A stretch of DNA of 64,000 nt from a virus: positions 1 through 64,000 of IMG/VR virus record IMGVR_UViG_3300021093_003900; one strand, given 5' to 3'. Of this stretch, positions 36,771 through 45,813 are shown one piece after another. The notes beneath the pieces were generated by a model. That model searched no databases and was not told where the DNA came from. It worked only from the letters and a program-made list of their open reading frames with translations. Position 1 is the first letter of the stretch. Every line of letters starts with the position of its first letter. The position numbers and the translations under genes were made by a program.

Positions 36771-38459
36771 ATGGCAGACAAAAAGTCATTAGTAGAGGAA
36801 GCACTTCTTCAGATGAAAAATCTTGAAGATGTTGTTACTGAAAACGCAAAAGGAATACTTGCTTCAACTATGAAGGAAGAAATCTCTGAGTTGGTAAAAG
36901 AGTCTTTGAAAAACAAGGCTAAAAATAAATTGAAAGAACAAGACGAACCAGATACTGATCCTGATGATGTGGATATGGATCCTGATGACATGGATATGGA
37001 TTCTGATGATGAAATGGATATGGATCCTGATGATGACATGGATATGGATCCTGATGATGACATGGATATGGATCCTGATGATGACATGGATATGGATCCT
37101 GATGATGAAATGGATATGGAACCTGAGGTTAATATTGACATTGAAGACGATGTGGTGGAAATCCCAGACGACGCTTCAATGGAAGACGTTCTTAGTGTAT
37201 TCAAAAAAATGGGGCCGTCAGATAGAATAATCGTTAAAAAAGAAGGTGATAAAATTCACCTTGACGACGAAGATGAAGATGTTGAATATATCATCTCAAC
37301 TAACGAATCGATTTCAGAAAAAGAACGGATGTCAGATAGGGATTTAGATCGAATTATGAATGATATCTTCGAAGATGAAGATGTAGTCGATGATTTTGAC
37401 GAAGATGACTTGGATGATACTCTTGGTGAAGATATGGATTCTGATATAGATGTGGAAACAGACGAAGTTGTATATGAAATTTCAATGGACGAAGAAATGG
37501 ACGAAGAAATGGACGAGGAAATGTATGAGGGAATGGACGAGGAAATGTATGAGGGAATGGACGAGGAAATGTATGAGGGAATGGATGAGGAAATGTATGA
37601 GGGAATGGATGAAGAAGTAGAGGAAACTATGTATGAGTCCAAGTTTGGTATGAAACCTATTATGTTTTCTAATTGGAAATCAGGAAAAAAATTGGGTTCT
37701 AAAACTGAAACTAAAGAATCTACTACAACAAAACCCAAAGAAAAAGAAAAGGTTGAAACTGGTAAGGAAAAATCAAAAAGTCCTTTCCATAGACCAGGTG
37801 AAAAAACAGCGCCTAAAGCTAAAAAAACCGAAACTAAAGAAGGTATGGGTAAATTCAAACCAAAGGGTACTGGAATGAATCTTTCTCCGAAAAAATTTGA
37901 ATACAAAGAAGGAAAGAAACATGACATATCAGCGGTTGAAAAAAGAATTGCTGGAGCATTCTCCAAAGGTGAAACTAAAGAGGCGGCTAGAACTCTAGGT
38001 AATGGAACAAGAAACTTTGCTCCAAGAAAAGGTCTACCAAAAATGAAAGTGATTCCCAATTCTGCAATTAGAGAAGAAGTTGAATCTTTGAGACAAAAAA
38101 ATGTTGAGTATCAAAAAGCATTGAATGTTTTCAGAGAAAAACTTAACGAAGTTGCTGTCTTCAATTCAAATTTGGCTTACGCTACAAGGTTATTCACAGA
38201 ACATCCTACGTCCAAACAAGAAAAGATTAACATCTTAAGAAGATTTGATGAAGTTGAGACAATTAAAGAATCTAAAAATTTGTACAACGCAGTCAAAAAT
38301 GAATTAACAAATTCAAATAAAAATGTGGTTACTGAATCAATAGAAAAAATCGAAAAAACACATTCTTCAGGATCATCACAAAATTTAATTGAATCAAAAA
38401 CTTATGAAAATCCTCAGTTCATGCGAATGAAGGATATCATGCAAAAAATAAATAAATAA
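36771..38459 (+). CDS. prohead core/scaffolding protein
   Basis: Acidic low-complexity centre with coiled-coil termini, located between protease and MCP; start MADKK. Confidence 0.75.
   Translation: MADKKSLVEEALLQMKNLEDVVTENAKGILASTMKEEISELVKESLKNKAKNKLKEQDEPDTDPDDVDMDPDDMDMDSDDEMDMDPDDDMDMDPDDDMDMDPDDDMDMDPDDEMDMEPEVNIDIEDDVVEIPDDASMEDVLSVFKKMGPSDRIIVKKEGDKIHLDDEDEDVEYIISTNESISEKERMSDRDLDRIMNDIFEDEDVVDDFDEDDLDDTLGEDMDSDIDVETDEVVYEISMDEEMDEEMDEEMYEGMDEEMYEGMDEEMYEGMDEEMYEGMDEEVEETMYESKFGMKPIMFSNWKSGKKLGSKTETKESTTTKPKEKEKVETGKEKSKSPFHRPGEKTAPKAKKTETKEGMGKFKPKGTGMNLSPKKFEYKEGKKHDISAVEKRIAGAFSKGETKEAARTLGNGTRNFAPRKGLPKMKVIPNSAIREEVESLRQKNVEYQKALNVFREKLNEVAVFNSNLAYATRLFTEHPTSKQEKINILRRFDEVETIKESKNLYNAVKNELTNSNKNVVTESIEKIEKTHSSGSSQNLIESKTYENPQFMRMKDIMQKINK
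36957..37118 (+). repeat. 21/24-nt coding tandem repeat (DPDDDMDM)
   Basis: GATCCTGATGATGACATGGATATG units. Confidence 0.9.
37485..37616 (+). repeat. 12/24-nt coding tandem repeat (MDEEMYEG)
   Basis: ATGGAYGAGGAAATGTATGAGGGA units. Confidence 0.9.
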
Positions 38460-38460
38460 A

Positions 38461-38490
38461 CAAAACTAAATAAAACTAAATAAAACTAAA
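38461..38490 (+). repeat. three tandem YAAAACTAAA decamers forming the MCP translation-initiation region
   Basis: CAAAACTAAA TAAAACTAAA TAAAACTAAA ATG. Confidence 0.75.
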
Positions 38491-40353
38491 ATGGGTGCAT
38501 TATTAGAAAGCGGTCTAGTTGGTAATATCGGGTTGAAACACCTTAAAGTTATCAAAGAAGACACAATTAACAAGTGGGACAAACTTGGGTTCCTAGAAGG
38601 ACTTAGAGGCCACATGAAAGAAAACGTTGCTCAATTGTATGAGAACCAAGCGTCTTTCTTGATAAACGAAGCTTCATCAACTTCAGACAGCGGTTCATTT
38701 GAAACTGTTGTATTCCCTATCGTGAGAAGGGTTTTCTCCAAACTTTTGGCGAACGATATCGTATCGGTTCAAGCTATGAATTTACCTATTGGTAAATTGT
38801 TCTACTTTGTTCCAAAGATCCAAGGTTATTCTGGTGGTACTTCACCAAACGACTTAGGTTGGTTAGGACAGAGTGGTGACCACTATGCTCCGATCGGTTC
38901 ACCAGGAAACTATCCGGGTAACCAAAATGCGGGTTATACTGCTGGTGATAGTACAGGTGATTACAATCCTTATTACAAAAAAGATCTTTACGATCTATTT
39001 TATGAAGGTGATGAGGCAACTCTTAACCCTCCAGGTCTTTTTGACTATTCAAAAGGTAAATGGACAGCAACAACAGCAACTACAGTAACTGTTGCGTGGA
39101 ATGCTGGTGGAAATCTAGTTGTTTCTGGTTATGGCTCAACTGATTATCGTAAGGTAATCTTGGCTATGAGTGGTTTCTCTAACGCTGGTGCTGGTCAATT
39201 GATCGGACCAAATGGTAATACAATGGACACCGAAGAATTCCTTTCTGGATTAAATATCTTTGGTGTGTATGCCAACACAACAACAGCTAGCCAAGCACCA
39301 GGTGCTGGTAATCCATTCCTTTTCAGAGTTGTAACTCAGAAATATGGTAAAGGTATCGTTCAATACGGATCACAAACTAACACAACATGGCCAATCGGTA
39401 ATAACTCTGGTGGTGCATACAATAATGTATGTGATGCAAATGGTGTTATCTATCTCGAAGTGGATCTTCAACAACCAGTTTGTGTATCTTGTGGACAAAC
39501 AACACCTGATGGTTATACAGGTTCAACATTCTCTTCCTCAACTGCGAATAACAATGCTTTCATTGCTATTTACAGAGTGTACAAAGAACTTGAATTTGAA
39601 GATCAGATTGGTGAGGTTTCTTTTGATTTGGAATCTGTCACAGTTTCTGTTACAGAAAGAAAATTGAGAGCCCAATGGTCTCCTGAACTTGCTCAAGACG
39701 TTTCGGCATTCCACAACATTGATGCAGAAGCTGAGTTAACAGCTCTTCTTTCTGAACAAGTTGCGGCTGAAATCGACAGAGAAATTTTGAGAGATTTGAG
39801 AAAAGGTGCTGCATGGAACTTGAGATGGGATTACAACGGTTGGAAGAGATTAGCTTCTACTGGTACAACCCCTTACACTCAAAAGGACTGGAATCAAACA
39901 CTTATCACTGCTATCAATCAGTTGTCGGCACAAATTCACAAGTCGACATTAAGAGGTGGTGCTAACTGGGTTGTTTGTTCTTCAGAAATTTCTGCGATCT
40001 TCGATGATTTGGAATATTTCCACGTATCGAACGCGGCTCCTGAACAAGATCAATACAATATGGGTATTGAGAGAATTGGTACACTATCTGGTAGATATCA
40101 GGTTTATAGGGATCCTTACTTCCCACCGAACCAACTTATCATCGGACACAAAGGTACGTCATTGTTAGATACTGGTTACATTTACGCTCCGTATGTACCT
40201 CTACAATTGACACCTACAATGTACAATCCATTCAACTTTACACCTATCAAAGGAATAATGACAAGATACGCCAAGAAAATGGTTAACAACCGTTTCTACG
40301 GACGTGTCACATGTGATGGTATTCGTACTTTCGATTTGAGAGAATTGCGTTAA
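38491..40353 (+). CDS. major capsid protein (T4 gp23-like)
   Basis: VSVQAMNLP.GKLFY, RKLRAQWSPELAQD, EIDREIL, YAPYVPL, FTPIKGIMTRY. Confidence 0.96.
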   Translation: MGALLESGLVGNIGLKHLKVIKEDTINKWDKLGFLEGLRGHMKENVAQLYENQASFLINEASSTSDSGSFETVVFPIVRRVFSKLLANDIVSVQAMNLPIGKLFYFVPKIQGYSGGTSPNDLGWLGQSGDHYAPIGSPGNYPGNQNAGYTAGDSTGDYNPYYKKDLYDLFYEGDEATLNPPGLFDYSKGKWTATTATTVTVAWNAGGNLVVSGYGSTDYRKVILAMSGFSNAGAGQLIGPNGNTMDTEEFLSGLNIFGVYANTTTASQAPGAGNPFLFRVVTQKYGKGIVQYGSQTNTTWPIGNNSGGAYNNVCDANGVIYLEVDLQQPVCVSCGQTTPDGYTGSTFSSSTANNNAFIAIYRVYKELEFEDQIGEVSFDLESVTVSVTERKLRAQWSPELAQDVSAFHNIDAEAELTALLSEQVAAEIDREILRDLRKGAAWNLRWDYNGWKRLASTGTTPYTQKDWNQTLITAINQLSAQIHKSTLRGGANWVVCSSEISAIFDDLEYFHVSNAAPEQDQYNMGIERIGTLSGRYQVYRDPYFPPNQLIIGHKGTSLLDTGYIYAPYVPLQLTPTMYNPFNFTPIKGIMTRYAKKMVNNRFYGRVTCDGIRTFDLRELR

Positions 40354-40371
40354 TTTTCTCAATGGTAATTG

Positions 40372-40404
40372 AAAAAAGGGACAATTACTTGTCCCTTTTT
40401 TTTT
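40372..40404. terminator. bidirectional terminator after MCP
   Basis: AAAAAAGGGACAA-TTAC-TTGTCCCTTTTTT. Confidence 0.9.
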
Positions 40405-40409
40405 GTATA

Positions 40410-40640
40410 TTATTTTGGAGAAGATAGGATTAAAATCCTCAATGATTTTGAAATTACTTCACTTTCTTTCAGTGAAAAAACACCATTCATATGTGCATAA
40501 TTCAATGCTTGTTGAATACAATACGCCGCTTGAGCTGAATTAATATCATCAATGAACTTTGACAGATTTTCTTCAGAATCATAATTTATTACCCCAAATA
40601 AAGTTCCCAAAATTTTAAGTTTTTCCTGTTCATTTTCCAT
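40410..40640 (-). CDS. small hypothetical protein
   Basis: 76-aa ORF; GVFSLKESEVISKSLR. Confidence 0.7.
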   Translation of the reverse strand: MENEQEKLKILGTLFGVINYDSEENLSKFIDDINSAQAAYCIQQALNYAHMNGVFSLKESEVISKSLRILILSSPK

Positions 40641-40674
40641 AATGAATGTATTTACATTAAGGTAGTAAAAAAAA

Positions 40675-41253
40675 ATGAATAATCAACTCAGGGAAGATTT
40701 AGCCGTTTGGTTTGGAACCAAAAAAAAGAAGAAAGGTAGTAAAGAACCACAAGGGCCTTGGGTTAACATTTGCCGTAAAAAAGAAGGTGGTGGACATCCA
40801 CCATGTGGGAGAGGTGACACAGATAAAGGCTCATATCCGAAATGTAGGGCTAAGAGTGTTGCATCAAGGATGACAGACGCACAAAAGAAAGCGGCTTGTC
40901 AACAAAAAAGAACTGCAGAAAAAAAAGACACACAATCAGGTAAAGGTCAAAAACCTGTGTATACATCATATAAACCAAAAAAAACCAAAAAAAACGAGGC
41001 TATGAGAGCCATTATTAAAAATCTTCTGCAGGAAACAATTAATCGAAAACAAATGCTCGAACTAGGGACATTAGTAGAATTGGAGCACACTAAAAATCCA
41101 AAAAGGGCAAAAGAAATTGCCAAGGATCATTTAGAACAAAATTCCAAATACTATTGTCTAATGTTCAGAATAGGACTCATTGATAAAAAAGATGCCAAGA
41201 AAATGGCAAAAGAGATTTGCCCTACGATTCAAGAAAATGAAGAATACCTCTAA
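40675..41253 (+). CDS. two-domain protein: basic Cys-rich domain + DUF5661-like domain
   Basis: WVNIC...PCGR...YPKC; GTLVELEHT...AKEIAKDHLE...YY. Confidence 0.65.
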   Translation: MNNQLREDLAVWFGTKKKKKGSKEPQGPWVNICRKKEGGGHPPCGRGDTDKGSYPKCRAKSVASRMTDAQKKAACQQKRTAEKKDTQSGKGQKPVYTSYKPKKTKKNEAMRAIIKNLLQETINRKQMLELGTLVELEHTKNPKRAKEIAKDHLEQNSKYYCLMFRIGLIDKKDAKKMAKEICPTIQENEEYL

Positions 41254-41626
41254 GGGAATATTTAATATTCTGGGTAATCTTTTTTTCCATCAGAGATCTT
41301 TTTAATTCAATTTTTTGGTTGAATTTTTCAATTAATTTTTGGTGGAGAAATTCATTTAAGTAAACATTGTAAGCACAATGTTCATTTACAATGTTTACAT
41401 TGACTGAGTCAATTGTAATAAACAAGTTTTTATCATCATTTTTGATGTACCGTTTGTTTGTAATTGGTGCCATTAAAAGCTCACTTGTATCATCTTCAAT
41501 TAAATTTATACAAATTTTAAATGCAATCATCTCATATCTTGATTGCATTTTTGGTCTTAAGTACCTAAGAGTTTCGATGTACTTTTTTTTGAAAAATCGT
41601 TTAACTTCTAAATAGATTTTTTTCAT
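41222..41626 (-). CDS. hypothetical phage protein
   Basis: 134 aa; upstream TTTG-N19-TATATTTG promoter at 41644-41674. Confidence 0.7.
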   Translation of the reverse strand: MKKIYLEVKRFFKKKYIETLRYLRPKMQSRYEMIAFKICINLIEDDTSELLMAPITNKRYIKNDDKNLFITIDSVNVNIVNEHCAYNVYLNEFLHQKLIEKFNQKIELKRSLMEKKITQNIKYSLRGILHFLES

Positions 41627-41643
41627 TGTCTAAGTTCTTGTCA

Positions 41644-41674
41644 CAAATATAAATTAAATATTCAAAAAACCAAA
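41644..41674 (-). promoter_or_regulatory. Bacteroidota-type promoter (TTTG-N19-TATATTTG)
   Basis: Exact consensus and spacing. Confidence 0.7.
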
Positions 41675-41679
41675 TAAAA

Positions 41680-42165
41680 TTACAACTTCATAACTTTCAA
41701 AAACTCAGTCCAAGTCTCAAGGTCAGTTTCGTTTCTACCAATATTCGCAGCATACGTACACAAAACTACATTATCGATAGTATAACCCCTGTTTCGATCT
41801 AAACGATCAATAGATGGTTGTTGGGGGTGTTTGTTTTTATTTGATGGAACCATAGGAATTTTAAACCAATAACATAATCCAAGTTGATTTTCATACATTT
41901 TTTTTATATCTCCAACGGTAATATTGTGCTCAACTCCACGACGTTTTGAGGTATGGATCAATGTATTTTCCCATAATTTTATTCTTCTTTCAATTTGTTT
42001 GAGTGACTCAATTTTTTTAAAATTTAAATCTCTCCGTTTATCTCTTTTATATTGTCTAGTGGTCTCAAGTGTGCATAATTTACATCTTGTACCTCTCTGA
42101 CTTTTATAGTATTCATCGTAGGATTTCATTATTCCACAAACACTACATTTTTTTTGTATATCCAT
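41680..42165 (-). CDS. free-standing HNH-like (homing) endonuclease with N-terminal Zn finger
   Basis: KKCSVCG...RCKLC; GLCYW...PSIDRLDRNRGYTIDNVVLC...N; start MDIQ at 42165. Confidence 0.75.
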   Translation of the reverse strand: MDIQKKCSVCGIMKSYDEYYKSQRGTRCKLCTLETTRQYKRDKRRDLNFKKIESLKQIERRIKLWENTLIHTSKRRGVEHNITVGDIKKMYENQLGLCYWFKIPMVPSNKNKHPQQPSIDRLDRNRGYTIDNVVLCTYAANIGRNETDLETWTEFLKVMKL

Positions 42166-42193
42166 AAATATAAATATGGATAAACTTGTTTTT

Positions 42194-42823
42194 TTAACAA
42201 TAAGGTGGTGAACATCTTTTTTTACCATCCAATCCTTTAATTTTTCCTTTACAAACTTGAACGCCGTAACCCGAACTATAAGCGCTAGGGTAGACATCAA
42301 ATTTTGCTTTAGCGGCCGATTTACCACGCGCACATAATTTAGTTCCAGTTTTTTTACGACCCTCTTGAACTTGAAGTTGGTTTGATTTAGATTTATTTTC
42401 CAAATATTTGATATACATCTCTAAGTCATTCATTCCAAAATAATCAACATCATTTTCATTAAACCAAGCTAATACATCTTTCCAATTAGTTGTTCGATTT
42501 ATATTTTTTAAACATTCAACTTCACCCCCCATACTAGAGAAAGTCGATTGTTCTTGCATCATATTAGGTTGATTATTAAAATTATTTTTCATAAAATCAT
42601 AAACTTGATCAATTGACTCGGTTGATGATGCAATATGATCTTGAGCCCAATCATGACCATTATCCAATAATTGCTCAACTTGATTTTTATCATATTTTAA
42701 TAATTCACTAGCTTGATCTCTAATTTGTTCCAAGTTGGAAAAAAACATATATCTATCCTCTTGTTCAGATAGAATTTTTGATAGTTTTTCGTATTGTTCT
42801 TTAGTTAAAATAAGTTTTTTCAT
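42194..42823 (-). CDS. multi-module phage protein with leader and basic Cys-rich C-terminal domain
   Basis: MKKLILTKEQYEKL leader; YMFFSNL...GHDWAQDHI; KLCARGK...VYPSAY...CKG. Confidence 0.7.
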   Translation of the reverse strand: MKKLILTKEQYEKLSKILSEQEDRYMFFSNLEQIRDQASELLKYDKNQVEQLLDNGHDWAQDHIASSTESIDQVYDFMKNNFNNQPNMMQEQSTFSSMGGEVECLKNINRTTNWKDVLAWFNENDVDYFGMNDLEMYIKYLENKSKSNQLQVQEGRKKTGTKLCARGKSAAKAKFDVYPSAYSSGYGVQVCKGKIKGLDGKKRCSPPYC

Positions 42824-44301
42824 TTTTCGTTTACGATTTGAAAAGTTAATTGTCTTTTATAAGTATCTTTTTGTCCACTAGTATTCACTTTGATATCAAC
42901 ATAATATTCATTAGGAATTTTATCTCTAGTATCGAAAATAAAATAGTATTCATTTGGTGTTCTGTTAATTGGTGTCCATCCCTGAACTTCAACTTCCGTT
43001 TGTCCTTCCCTCACATATACTCTGTATTGAGCTTCGATGTTTTGTAAAACAAACGCACTTGTGTAAGCTTGTTTTATCACAACCATTACTTTACGAATGT
43101 CTGTGTTTACGATTTTTTCATTTTGTTTTATACCACTAAAATCGAAACCATATAAAATAGGGTCTTTTGAAACACTTCCGATTTGATAAAAAGCTGAATA
43201 AGATTGTAATACAAATTGATTTTCAATGTCATCAAGATTATTTCCTTGAGCGATAATATTTGTCCACTTGTCGGTAAATTGACACGGTGTATTATATCCT
43301 GATAATGGCGGTATTGTAACTTCATAAACCCCCCTACTAATAAGACAACTTGTAAGTCCTGTGTAACCCGATATTGGTTCATCATCTGGATCTAAGATAT
43401 CCACGATTGGGTTTTGATCTAAGTTTAGATAATCACCATTTGCAAAAATGTAGAGATACAATTTATTGGTTCTACCTTGTACAAAGGTAACTCTATTATC
43501 TTGAATCAAATCATCAAATGTGGTTTGTAGAAATGGTTGATAAAAAGTTTGGGTATGTCTTGTGAAAAATCCCACAGAATACGTTACGGTGAGCCCTGTG
43601 ATGTTTTCTATTTGAGGGACATACGCAATACCCCATCCTGTAGAACCTGTCGTAGAACCCGTTAAAATCGAATTTATTTCGTGGGTCATATCAAAGTTGA
43701 TATCTTCATTTCCAAATTCGAAATGTTGTGTATCAACGATCGTAAGTGCTGAGTAGTTAAGTCCAGTATTTCCACTGCTTGTGTTATTATTACTGTATAT
43801 TCCCGGATATGACCAATTTGTAATTGTTGTTGTTTGATACCAGTTTGATGGTCTTGTAGAGAAAGCTTTATTAAAACCCCAACTATCCAGTGCGGGTGTA
43901 TCAACGTAATCATATCCAACACCTTCGTCCCAAGTTTGTGAATTACCTGTGGAACCTGATGTTTTTGGAATACGGAATAATATTAAATCAAAAGATGCTG
44001 TTCGAATTGATCCGTCCGAAGCTTCGGTATTAAGAAGATCTATATCAAAACTTGAAGTGTTTGTCATCTTGAGTGTGTGTGTCATTGCTGACGTACACCC
44101 AGTTGATATGGTACCAGATGCAATATTTTCTATCAAGGGTGTTAGATCTAGATCAAAAATAAATCGTGTAAAACCGTTTGGTGCCGTTGTTTGTAGACTT
44201 GTACCATAAAATAATTGCATTACAGGATTACGACCCGTATTTACAAAACTATTTTTTTGTATGGTATTATTTTTTGAAAAGTAGGAACGAAAAATCGACA
44301 T
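42820..44301 (-). CDS. probable virion structural protein
   Basis: 493 aa, beta/Thr-rich, next to a baseplate-like gene. Confidence 0.55.
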   Translation of the reverse strand: MSIFRSYFSKNNTIQKNSFVNTGRNPVMQLFYGTSLQTTAPNGFTRFIFDLDLTPLIENIASGTISTGCTSAMTHTLKMTNTSSFDIDLLNTEASDGSIRTASFDLILFRIPKTSGSTGNSQTWDEGVGYDYVDTPALDSWGFNKAFSTRPSNWYQTTTITNWSYPGIYSNNNTSSGNTGLNYSALTIVDTQHFEFGNEDINFDMTHEINSILTGSTTGSTGWGIAYVPQIENITGLTVTYSVGFFTRHTQTFYQPFLQTTFDDLIQDNRVTFVQGRTNKLYLYIFANGDYLNLDQNPIVDILDPDDEPISGYTGLTSCLISRGVYEVTIPPLSGYNTPCQFTDKWTNIIAQGNNLDDIENQFVLQSYSAFYQIGSVSKDPILYGFDFSGIKQNEKIVNTDIRKVMVVIKQAYTSAFVLQNIEAQYRVYVREGQTEVEVQGWTPINRTPNEYYFIFDTRDKIPNEYYVDIKVNTSGQKDTYKRQLTFQIVNEK

Positions 44302-44322
44302 TCATAAATTTTATTATAAATA

Positions 44323-45813
44323 TCAATTTATTCGGATATTTTCATTTAGAGCTCTAAATCTCCAAGGAAAAGAAAATAAATCTGATTTTTGATCTCCAGC
44401 CCATGTAAGTGCGTCTGGTGGTAAACTCGGATGAGAGTGAACGTGATTCTGCAAGAACCTAGATATTTTTTCTAGATAATCAAATAATATTTCACCCCTG
44501 ATCATAGAATAGGTGTTTGGTATTACATTATCCTGAAGTTGTTGTTGTGAAATACCCATTAAAGTATTTGGGTTTGGGGATAGTGACGGATCAAATACAA
44601 TGTTACCAGTTCTGTGCGACATCATTACTATCGTGTCAGCAGCACTCATCATATAGGTTCCAGAATCAGTCGTTACTTGTTTGGGGGTTATTGTTTCAAT
44701 AACAAATTCACTAGGTTTTCCAATTAAACCTTTACTACTTACTAGACCGAAAGAAAATCCTTTTGGCCCTTGACCCGGATTAAGTGTTATTTTAGAAATG
44801 AATTGAGACGCATTAGAGAACTCAATTGGGTTATTCACACTTGAACCGGGTTTGAGTAAATTTCTGATTTGAATATTGGGTCTGTAAACAAATGGAAATC
44901 TATTGTTACCCAAACTAGGGCCGTTTGTTATATTGCCATCGTTGATTTGATTGATAAATGAATTGATTGCTATAACCGTGTTTTCTAATGTTGAACCAAG
45001 AAATTGTTGGGTATAAACAACATAAGAAACATCACTTAAATCAGAATCATAGTTGATGTTATCTGTAAGTGTTTTTTCGACAGATTTGAGTTTATACAAC
45101 GTAATATCACCAGTAAAAGCATTTTGTTGATTATCTAAGTTATAAACATTCCATTCAATAAGATATTGGGTTTCTTGATTTAATTGATTTATTTTGATTA
45201 AATCTTGTGATTTTAAATCTTGGGATTTTACATCAAATGATGAAACTTGGATATATGCACGTTTTTCGTTTGCAATTGGAAACTTATTTGTCTTCAAATC
45301 CAAAGTTTTTCCAGCTCTGATTAGGACACCATTAGGTTTAACAATGATATCAGAAGTGCCACGACCTAGAACTGAGACATCGTTCAGTTCTGGGAATACT
45401 CCAAAACTTTGGACATTTTTTAATGAACCATCTTTATTTTTAAGTGCCAAGTTTTGTTTAATTCTATAACCCAATGAAGTGTTTTTACCAGCCCCTTGAG
45501 CATTTTCATACTTCATTGTCATAGGGCTACTATAAGCTCCTTGAACATAGTACGCGTCTTGGTATCTTCTCTCACTATTTTGAAAAATTACACTAATTCT
45601 TTCTCCAACTGCGGGTACTTGGGATAAAAACATTGGAAGAAGAGGTGAAACAATAAATGGATCTTTCAACGTGAACTCATCTTTTCCTACCTGAAAGTTA
45701 TATGCTTGAAGAGCCGATTCGATGTTTTGATCAAAAGGATACGCTCTTACACGGCCTAACATCATAGGATCTTCGTTGTCTACAACAGTTGCTGGATATA
45801 AAATTTTATTCAT
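44323..45813 (-). CDS. baseplate hub/spike protein (gp5/gpV-type OB fold)
   Basis: VVDNEDPMMLGRVR and PLLP...VPAVGERI OB-fold motifs; C-terminal HVH metal-binding tip motif. Confidence 0.7.
   Translation of the reverse strand: MNKILYPATVVDNEDPMMLGRVRAYPFDQNIESALQAYNFQVGKDEFTLKDPFIVSPLLPMFLSQVPAVGERISVIFQNSERRYQDAYYVQGAYSSPMTMKYENAQGAGKNTSLGYRIKQNLALKNKDGSLKNVQSFGVFPELNDVSVLGRGTSDIIVKPNGVLIRAGKTLDLKTNKFPIANEKRAYIQVSSFDVKSQDLKSQDLIKINQLNQETQYLIEWNVYNLDNQQNAFTGDITLYKLKSVEKTLTDNINYDSDLSDVSYVVYTQQFLGSTLENTVIAINSFINQINDGNITNGPSLGNNRFPFVYRPNIQIRNLLKPGSSVNNPIEFSNASQFISKITLNPGQGPKGFSFGLVSSKGLIGKPSEFVIETITPKQVTTDSGTYMMSAADTIVMMSHRTGNIVFDPSLSPNPNTLMGISQQQLQDNVIPNTYSMIRGEILFDYLEKISRFLQNHVHSHPSLPPDALTWAGDQKSDLFSFPWRFRALNENIRIN

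Noticed and set aside
26412-37616. Regular 24-30 nt repeats resembling a CRISPR array
   Set aside because: Units are head-to-tail with no unique spacers, are in-frame multiples of 3 inside long ORFs, and no cas genes are seen.
36809-38059. Long antisense and alternate-frame ORFs (36809-37204, 36964-37230, 37256-38059; also 11646-12212, 19613-19957)
   Set aside because: They are shadows of low-complexity or biased-codon sense genes, with Ser/Ile-rich translations and no initiation signals.
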